The position numbers and the translations under genes are program-made. The notes under the pieces were generated by a model. It was not told the origin of the DNA, made no database searches, and worked only from the letters and a program-made list of their open reading frames with translations. Positions 57,728 through 64,000 of a stretch of DNA of 64,000 nt are shown piece after piece; the stretch's first letter is position 1, and every line of letters starts with the position of its first letter. Source of the DNA: Candidatus Enterousia sp. (GTDB taxonomy: Bacteria; Pseudomonadota; Alphaproteobacteria; Rs-D84); the NCBI GenBank assembly GCA_045635585.1, contig JAZTWA010000012.1:19315-83314 (forward strand), written 5' to 3'.

Positions 57728-57736
57728 TCAATAACG

Positions 57737-58453
57737 ATGAAAGAAATGATGAAAAAGTTTTTATTGTTTTTTTGTGTGTGCGCACTGAATGTGGGGGTGG
57801 CGGTTGCTGCAACAAGTTGCGAAGATGAAAGTAATGATGCAATTGCACCTGAATTCGCACTTTGTTCCGTTCATGCATATAATGTCGGGTCGGTGGAAAA
57901 TCCAACATCTATTGCAGATAAGCAGTTGATGCAAGAAATTGTTGCGTTAAAGACAACGATTATTACACAACAAATGTATAAACAATATGAACAAATGGAA
58001 TCAATGTTAAAACGTTTTAAAACACAATTGGAAAAAGCCGTTTTAACAAATAATTTAAAAGTAGCCAGTGGTAGTTCTGATGATGAATCGGGTGGTGTGT
58101 CATACAGTTCCAGTGATAAATATACCGTTTTGGCCGGTACAACAAATTGTTTGAATCAAACGGCTGATTCCGTTGTTTCGTGTTTGCGTTCTAATTTGCG
58201 TGTTGTCAGTGCCGCCGCAACATCCGGCAGTTTGTCAGATGCGCGTAAACAATATGCCAAAGATTATGAAACAGCAACATCGTGGCAGATTGTAACATCC
58301 ACAGGAAATGCTGATTTTGTAAACAGTTGTGGCAATATGTCAAAAGCAAAAAAACAAGATTTGATTAGTTGTGTCGATAAATTTATTATTCAAATCAATT
58401 TGTATGAAAAAGCAGAAAGCGAAAAAAAACAGCAAAGAATGTCGCGCTATTGA
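57737..58453 (+). CDS. Secreted (possibly lipidated) cysteine-containing protein, function unknown
   Basis: 9 nt downstream of the previous gene. Signal peptide with imperfect lipobox (AATSC). Six Cys in the mature part. Coiled-coil segment. Confidence 0.45.
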   Translation: MKEMMKKFLLFFCVCALNVGVAVAATSCEDESNDAIAPEFALCSVHAYNVGSVENPTSIADKQLMQEIVALKTTIITQQMYKQYEQMESMLKRFKTQLEKAVLTNNLKVASGSSDDESGGVSYSSSDKYTVLAGTTNCLNQTADSVVSCLRSNLRVVSAAATSGSLSDARKQYAKDYETATSWQIVTSTGNADFVNSCGNMSKAKKQDLISCVDKFIIQINLYEKAESEKKQQRMSRY

Positions 58454-58552
58454 TAGATATGGGGCCCACAGTTGTGGGTCTTTTTTCATTAAAATATTCT
58501 TTTATATCAGGGGGCTTTGTGATATAATTTTTATCAAAAGGAGTATTTAATT

Positions 58553-59842
58553 ATGAAAAAGTCATTGTCTTGGGTCATTGGTGCATTGGCAATGGTGGCA
58601 TCTGTTGATGCAGGTAATGCCGCCGTTACAACACGTGCAAAATCAACTGCGGATTTGTCGGGTGCGCCCGCAACACGTGTGCGTGAAAATGTTAATTATG
58701 AAAAATATAAAACACGTACAACAACAAAAACATATTCTGCAACCGATGCAGGCGACCTTTATTATACAAAGCCTGCAAATCGTAATGATTTATATAAACA
58801 GTATCAGGGAACAAATTCGGCAAATGCGGCAGCAACAAAGACGACTGTGCGTAAAACGCGTGCGGAAACAACGGTTAGTAAGCTGAAACGTAAATATTTC
58901 TTGGCACATCCATTCTTCCAGCCATTGGGTGAAAAGTTTGGATCGATTACAGATTTGTCATATACATCAAATTCATATGATATTGTGATTGATCAGACTT
59001 TGCCGGTATTCAGTTCCCAGACGGGAAATTTTGAAAATGTTCTGGATGGTATTGGTGCAACATGGAAAACAGACCAAATATCAATCAAAGAAGATTTCAG
59101 TTATGGTATTACAGATCGTGTCGCAATATTAGGTATGTTGCGTTATGATATGTCTGATTATAAATTTGAATGGGATGATGGTTCACCAGATGATACAATG
59201 GAAGATGATGGTTTGAATATGTTTGGTATCGGTGCACAATGGCGTTTCGCAGATACCGAAGATTGGATTGCAATGACGTCGGCATATTTTCAACATCAAA
59301 AAGATATTTCTAATAATTTCTTGTTAGAAGTCAAAGGTGGATACAAAGTTGCACGTTCAACGATTTATGGATTGGCACGTGGTTGGTATATTGATTTGGA
59401 TGGTAATTCATATGGAAATGGTATAACAGGTACAGATGCGGCTGGAAATAAATCAACACTTTATATTCCATATCAGGTTGGCGATAGCAGTGCATTGTAT
59501 CTGGAAGCGGGTGCGGGTGTATTCAGTGTCTTGAATGAAGATTGGACATTGAATGTCGAAGCAGTATATGGAAATTATGACTGGCATAATCAGGCATCAA
59601 TTCGTGGTGCAATCGGTTGGCAGCCAAATGATTGGTTCGCATTGAATTTGTATGCCAAGACGGTGTTCTATGATAATGCAAATGATAAAACGTTGGATTT
59701 ATACTGGCGTGAACCAAATGTAACCGCACAGGCACCAGATGGAACAACGTTTAATTTGGTTGATTTGACACGTATTGGAACGGTTAAATTGGATAACTAT
59801 GCAGAAACAACAGTTGGTTTACAAGCTATATTCCAATTCTAG
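58553..59842 (+). CDS. Outer-membrane beta-barrel protein (porin-like)
   Basis: SD AAAGGAG upstream, signal peptide, and alternating amphipathic beta-strand pattern. C-terminal ...GLQAIFQF with a terminal aromatic (OMP sorting signal). 429 aa. Confidence 0.55.
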   Translation: MKKSLSWVIGALAMVASVDAGNAAVTTRAKSTADLSGAPATRVRENVNYEKYKTRTTTKTYSATDAGDLYYTKPANRNDLYKQYQGTNSANAAATKTTVRKTRAETTVSKLKRKYFLAHPFFQPLGEKFGSITDLSYTSNSYDIVIDQTLPVFSSQTGNFENVLDGIGATWKTDQISIKEDFSYGITDRVAILGMLRYDMSDYKFEWDDGSPDDTMEDDGLNMFGIGAQWRFADTEDWIAMTSAYFQHQKDISNNFLLEVKGGYKVARSTIYGLARGWYIDLDGNSYGNGITGTDAAGNKSTLYIPYQVGDSSALYLEAGAGVFSVLNEDWTLNVEAVYGNYDWHNQASIRGAIGWQPNDWFALNLYAKTVFYDNANDKTLDLYWREPNVTAQAPDGTTFNLVDLTRIGTVKLDNYAETTVGLQAIFQF

Positions 59843-59908
59843 TATAATATAATAATTTCCCCCAGAATGCTGGGGGAATCTTTGAACAAGAGAGAGAGGA
59901 TTTTTATC

Positions 59909-60646
59909 ATGCGTAAGTTTTTGGTTGCCATGTTTATGGCATTGGTAGTTTCGGTTCCAAATGCGGTGCGTGCAAATGATTTGTCAATGGATACGTCTGA
60001 TCCACTGTATTTGTTGGGTATCGAAGGTGTTTTGACAGAAACATCTGTGTCGTATTGGGACCATATCTTGGGTTTTGGCCAAGGTGTGTCTTATGGTTTG
60101 AATAATCGCTTGTCGGTAGGGGCCGATGTGCGATATCAGCATGATTTTAATGGCGATGAAGATGGTTTTGGTGCAATTGATTTGGGGGCAACATATCGAT
60201 TGTCAAATGCCGAAGAATCAGAATCACGTATCATTTCTGATGTATTGTTCGGATTCAAATTTGGTGGCAGTTCACGTGTACGTACACCAGACTATGCGGA
60301 TTCAACATATTATGCAGGGTTGCGTTTTGGGCGTCAGTGGGTTGGTATGACATTGGCGGCGACTGTCAAGGCCAGTTGGATTTTTGATGATGTACGCGGG
60401 ATGGCATTTATTGATTTTACACCCGAAGCATATTTCAGAATTGCCCCAGATTTTCGTTTGGGAACGGGATTTACAGTGCGCAAAGCAACGCATAAGGATG
60501 TTATAAATCACAAAGATTATGACCAAGAATGGTTGCATTTGAAATTAGTACGTCAATATGGTCGTACACAATACATTGGACATATGGATTTTGAATTCGA
60601 AAGTGATGATATTCAAATCGGGGCCAAGGTAAATATTTTATTCTGA
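59909..60646 (+). CDS. Small outer-membrane beta-barrel protein
   Basis: Start at MRKFLVAMFMAL (signal peptide). C-terminus ...IGAKVNILF. About 245 aa. Confidence 0.5.
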   Translation: MRKFLVAMFMALVVSVPNAVRANDLSMDTSDPLYLLGIEGVLTETSVSYWDHILGFGQGVSYGLNNRLSVGADVRYQHDFNGDEDGFGAIDLGATYRLSNAEESESRIISDVLFGFKFGGSSRVRTPDYADSTYYAGLRFGRQWVGMTLAATVKASWIFDDVRGMAFIDFTPEAYFRIAPDFRLGTGFTVRKATHKDVINHKDYDQEWLHLKLVRQYGRTQYIGHMDFEFESDDIQIGAKVNILF

Positions 60647-60654
60647 TATATAAA

Positions 60655-60690
60655 TAAAAAGTTCGGTTATCCGAACTTTTTATTTTTTAT
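60655..60690. terminator. Bidirectional rho-independent terminator
   Basis: aaaaagttcgg-ttat-ccgaacttttt plus T-run. It overlaps the rarA stop. Confidence 0.7.
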
Positions 60691-61948
60691 TTAATTTTTC
60701 GCGCAGTGTGTCCCAATATTCCAATCGTTTTTTTATTTCGCGTTCAAATCCACGTTCAACCGGAAAATAGTATTTTTGGCGCCCCATGGTTTCGGGAAAA
60801 CAATTCTGACCAGAAAAGCCAGTTGCCGTATCAGGGTCATAGATATAGCCATCGTTGTATCCTAAATCGCGCATCATTTTTGTTGGTGCGTTTAAAATAT
60901 TTTTTGGGGGCATTAAACTGCCTGTGGCGCGCGCCGCCGCGTATGCCGCTTTTTGTGCACGATAATTGCCAATACTTTTTGGGGCGGTGCCCAGATATAT
61001 TACAAGTTGGGTCAGGGCCAAATCGCCTTCGGGACTGCCCAGACGTTCGTATGCAGACCATGCCGCAATTGCAATTTGTAATGCGTTTGGGTCGGCCAAG
61101 CCAACATCTTCGACCGCAAAACGGGTCAGCCGACGGAAAATATACATTGGATCTTGGCCGGATGTCATCATGCGCGCAGTCCAATAGAGTGCGGCGTCGG
61201 TATCGCTGGCCCGCAGGGATTTATGTACCGCAGATATCAAATTATAATGTTCGTCACCATGTTTATCAGACATGGGGGCGCGCTTTTGAATTACAGAATC
61301 CAATGCGTCGGCGGTTAATAATTTTTCAAAATTTGCATTAATTAAATATTCAATCGTATTTAATAAAAATCGGGCGTCGCCATCCGCCATTTGGGCCAAG
61401 TGGGGGCGGGCAGATTCGTCCAATGGTAATGTTGAACCCAAAAATTCTTCGGCACGTGTCATTAATGTTAATAAATCGCTGGTTGATAATGGTTGTAACA
61501 CACCAATGTGACAACGTGATAATAATGCGTTGTTTAAATTAAAACTGGGGTTTTCGGTGGTGGCACCAATAAACACAACCGTTCCGTCTTCGAGATAGGG
61601 CAATAATGTATCTTGTTGTGTTTTGTTAAAGCGATGTATTTCATCAATAAATAATAGTGTCCCACGACCAATTTCGCGATTCATGCGGGCCGCATCCATT
61701 GCCTTTTTTATGTCAGATGTCCCAGAAAATACCGCGGACATGGGGACAAAGTCCATGTCAACAGAATTTGCCAATGCACGTGCAATTGTTGTTTTGCCAC
61801 AGCCAGGGGGACCCCATAATATCAAGTTTGATAAACGTTTGCCGTCAACCATGCGGCGTACCAATCCATTTTCGCCCAATAAATTGGTTTGACCAATTAC
61901 TTGATCAATTGTGTTTGGACGCATTAAATCTGCAAGTGGACGTGTCAT
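60680..61948 (-). CDS. rarA: Replication-associated recombination protein A (RarA/MgsA AAA+ ATPase)
   Basis: Walker A GPPGCGKTT, Walker B LFIDEIHRFNK, and the MgsA C-terminal tetramerisation domain. 422 aa. Confidence 0.85.
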   Translation of the reverse strand: MTRPLADLMRPNTIDQVIGQTNLLGENGLVRRMVDGKRLSNLILWGPPGCGKTTIARALANSVDMDFVPMSAVFSGTSDIKKAMDAARMNREIGRGTLLFIDEIHRFNKTQQDTLLPYLEDGTVVFIGATTENPSFNLNNALLSRCHIGVLQPLSTSDLLTLMTRAEEFLGSTLPLDESARPHLAQMADGDARFLLNTIEYLINANFEKLLTADALDSVIQKRAPMSDKHGDEHYNLISAVHKSLRASDTDAALYWTARMMTSGQDPMYIFRRLTRFAVEDVGLADPNALQIAIAAWSAYERLGSPEGDLALTQLVIYLGTAPKSIGNYRAQKAAYAAARATGSLMPPKNILNAPTKMMRDLGYNDGYIYDPDTATGFSGQNCFPETMGRQKYYFPVERGFEREIKKRLEYWDTLREKLNKK

Positions 61949-62020
61949 TTTTTACTTGGCTTTTATTTATGGTTTATTTGTGATATAATTATTGTATTAA
62001 ATTACAAAGGAATTGGCAAG

Positions 62021-62377
62021 TTGGGAAATAAAAATTCTGAATTTACGTTGGCAGTGGCAAATTTGGCCGCGGCGGCGATTAATGCAAATCCAAAATTAAC
62101 TATGGAGCAGGCGGTACGTAATGCGCGTGAAATTTTACGTGGAACATCTGTGACACCGCAACAAATCCAAGATTCTGTACAATTTGATAAAATTCAATGC
62201 TTGGAAGATGGAACGTGGCATGTGATGTTGCGCAGATATATAAAACGCAGATTTAATCTGACCCCAGAACAATATCGTGAAAAGTGGGGATTGCCAAACG
62301 ATTATCCGTTTGTTGCGCCAGCGTATTCAAAAAAAAGATCAAAGATTGCAAAGAAAACAGGACTTGGACGGGGGTAG
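62021..62377 (+). CDS. MucR/Ros-family transcriptional regulator-like protein with degenerate zinc-binding site
   Basis: C-terminus LTPEQYREKWGLPNDYPFVAPAYSKKRSKIAKKTGLG matches the Ros/MucR tail. The CxxC...HxxxH site is reduced to C-x2-D...H. TTG start with SD AAGGA at -9 and extended -10 TGATATAAT upstream. Confidence 0.5.
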   Translation: MGNKNSEFTLAVANLAAAAINANPKLTMEQAVRNAREILRGTSVTPQQIQDSVQFDKIQCLEDGTWHVMLRRYIKRRFNLTPEQYREKWGLPNDYPFVAPAYSKKRSKIAKKTGLGRG

Positions 62378-62383
62378 TTAGGT

Positions 62384-64000
62384 ATGAGCGAAAAATTTAG
62401 AAAAATTGTTAATGCATCACATAAGGCGATTGGGCATGTGCGTGAAAAAATTCAAGATACAAGTGTCTTGGATGTATATCAAGGTGCTGCGAAAGGTACC
62501 AAAAAATTGGCCAATGGTGTGAAGCAATTTTTGTTTTGGGTGCCCCCGTATCAGCCATTAGATAATAATGTGTTAAAGCAAAAACAAGATAGACCCATAA
62601 GTACAAAGATTGAAAAAAAACAGAAGATTGAAAATAATGTTTTAAATAAACGTTCAAATTTAAAGTATTTTTTATTGGCTAGCATAATTGTTGGTGGTGG
62701 ATTGTTATTCCAAAATAAGGGTTCAGACAAGGAAAAAGAAGAGCCAGAAACAGATATAAAAAAAGTTGTTGTCGTCAAAGAAAAAAAGACATTGGATGTT
62801 GTTATACCAAAAAAACTTAAAGATTTTACGGGTAAAAATGTACAAGTAAAAAATGTTACAGAAAAACAACAAGATTTTATAAAAAAATTTTTAGAAAATC
62901 ATTGGAATGAAATTGTGATAGCCGTGACAGAATTGGAAACTTTTCGTGCGGTTCCGGTGGTGCATTCTGGTGAAAGTCGACCGACGGCGGGACCGGGACT
63001 GACTTATAAATATTATTATGATAAAGATGGGGTTTTGTGTAGAACGGTGTATGGCAAAGTTCGACAAGAATTGTCTAAGCAAGAAATGTATGAACAGTTG
63101 AAAATGCATCTTGTGTTTGAAACTTTGCCATGGCTATATGGAATAACAGAAGATAAAAAATTGACGGATCGTCAGATGGTTGCAATCATTATGGCGGGTT
63201 ATCAGATGCCGGGGCATATGAAATCGATTGTAAATAAATTGCAGTCTGCAAAAACAGAACAAGAGGTTGCAGATGCTTTTCTTGTAAATCTAGATAGTAT
63301 GTCCTCAAAGTTCCGTGATGGAACAAGAAAACGTCGGTGGTGGTGTGCTGCCTATGCAACAGGTCGTATGACAGAATATGATTTCTTGGATTTAAAGTGT
63401 GATGGTTTTTCAAATGTAAAAACCAAGGATAATATGTTTTTCCAGAATGGACACTTTATTATGGCAGATTCAGTGATTGCCTATGCAAAAGATTGTGTAG
63501 ATAAGGTACAAAAAGAAAAGGTGGTAGATTTTTTGGCCGATTTTCAGATTGGACGTGATGTGTTGGCGGTTACAAATGGTGATGCGTATTTTAAATTACG
63601 CGCATATGGAAATGAAATAGATTATTTACAGGCCCAAGAAGAATATTATCAGAATTCTTGTGCAAAAGCGTTGGCGCTGATAAAAGATAAAAAATATGCA
63701 AAAGCGCGTGATATGTATCTTGATTTGATAGATCAATTCCCAAAACACATTGGATTGCAGAATGATTTGGCATTTGTGTATAACGAAATGGGACGTTATC
63801 AGGATGCAATAAAATTGTCGCGTAAGGTTATTTTTTCAAAAGGTGCAACAAAGGGGGAAATTGCTGCGGCAAATTATAATGCAGGTGTTGCATATGAAAA
63901 ACAAGGTAACCTTGAACGTGCATTGGCAAATTATAAACTGGCAGCAGAAAAGGGTGGAACAACAGTTGCCAAGAATGCGGTTGAACGTCTTGAAAAACAA
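62384..64000 (+). CDS. Large membrane-anchored TPR-repeat protein (5' partial in window; continues beyond 64000)
   Basis: Manually translated ORF open from ATG 62384 to the window end (539 codons, no stop). It is not in the supplied ORF track because it has no in-window stop. TM segment YFLLASIIVGGGLLF, and C-terminal TPR-like repeats (AKARDMYLDLIDQFPK..., GNLERALANYKLAAEKG). Confidence 0.5.
   Translation, partial: MSEKFRKIVNASHKAIGHVREKIQDTSVLDVYQGAAKGTKKLANGVKQFLFWVPPYQPLDNNVLKQKQDRPISTKIEKKQKIENNVLNKRSNLKYFLLASIIVGGGLLFQNKGSDKEKEEPETDIKKVVVVKEKKTLDVVIPKKLKDFTGKNVQVKNVTEKQQDFIKKFLENHWNEIVIAVTELETFRAVPVVHSGESRPTAGPGLTYKYYYDKDGVLCRTVYGKVRQELSKQEMYEQLKMHLVFETLPWLYGITEDKKLTDRQMVAIIMAGYQMPGHMKSIVNKLQSAKTEQEVADAFLVNLDSMSSKFRDGTRKRRWWCAAYATGRMTEYDFLDLKCDGFSNVKTKDNMFFQNGHFIMADSVIAYAKDCVDKVQKEKVVDFLADFQIGRDVLAVTNGDAYFKLRAYGNEIDYLQAQEEYYQNSCAKALALIKDKKYAKARDMYLDLIDQFPKHIGLQNDLAFVYNEMGRYQDAIKLSRKVIFSKGATKGEIAAANYNAGVAYEKQGNLERALANYKLAAEKGGTTVAKNAVERLEKQ

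Overview
This 64-kb window looks like a chromosomal segment from an AT-rich, probably host-associated alphaproteobacterium. The taxon call is an inference from MucR/Ros, an AddB-like nuclease, a divergent lpoA/rsmI pair, SecB and RPE-like palindromic repeats. It is densely coding, with no rRNA, CRISPR or transposase.

Housekeeping genes recognised by motif and synteny: uvrB, tsaE, ftsQ, a single-ORF ftsA-rpe fusion, lolC/E-lolD, tRNA-Gly(UCC) and tRNA-Tyr(GUA), lpoA and rsmI (divergent), engB, xth, an acyl-CoA synthetase, mnmE, ruvA, yebC, ruvC, mltA, secB, an MFS transporter, recA, typA/bipA, serS, trxB, xerD, lptF/G, greA, mutL, yajC-secD-secF, a PAP2 phosphatase, ftsK and rarA.

Accessory or unusual content:
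1. A ~104-bp palindromic repeat family sits in tandem arrays at two 3' intergenic sites, and both arrays begin exactly on the upstream stop codon.
2. A three-gene operon encodes envelope proteins that share a novel C-terminal six-cysteine module.
3. A secretin-like lipoprotein is encoded directly upstream of lolCD with no other secretion-system genes.
4. A markedly low-GC gene encodes an AsnB/beta-lactam-synthetase-like PP-loop protein.
5. A translationally coupled pair of secreted-protein genes is embedded in the ruv locus.
6. A glycan locus has convergent glycosyltransferase operons, an RgpF-like gene and two Stealth-family paralogs.
7. An S41 peptidase homolog has its catalytic Ser/Lys replaced.
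8. A four-gene cluster encodes a large cysteine-rich, Gln-rich secreted protein, a second cysteine-rich secreted protein and two outer-membrane beta-barrels. This may be an undescribed disulfide-linked envelope protein system, reminiscent of chlamydial OmcB/OmcA/MOMP by analogy only.
9. A MucR/Ros-like regulator with a degenerate zinc site precedes a large TPR membrane protein that runs off the window end.
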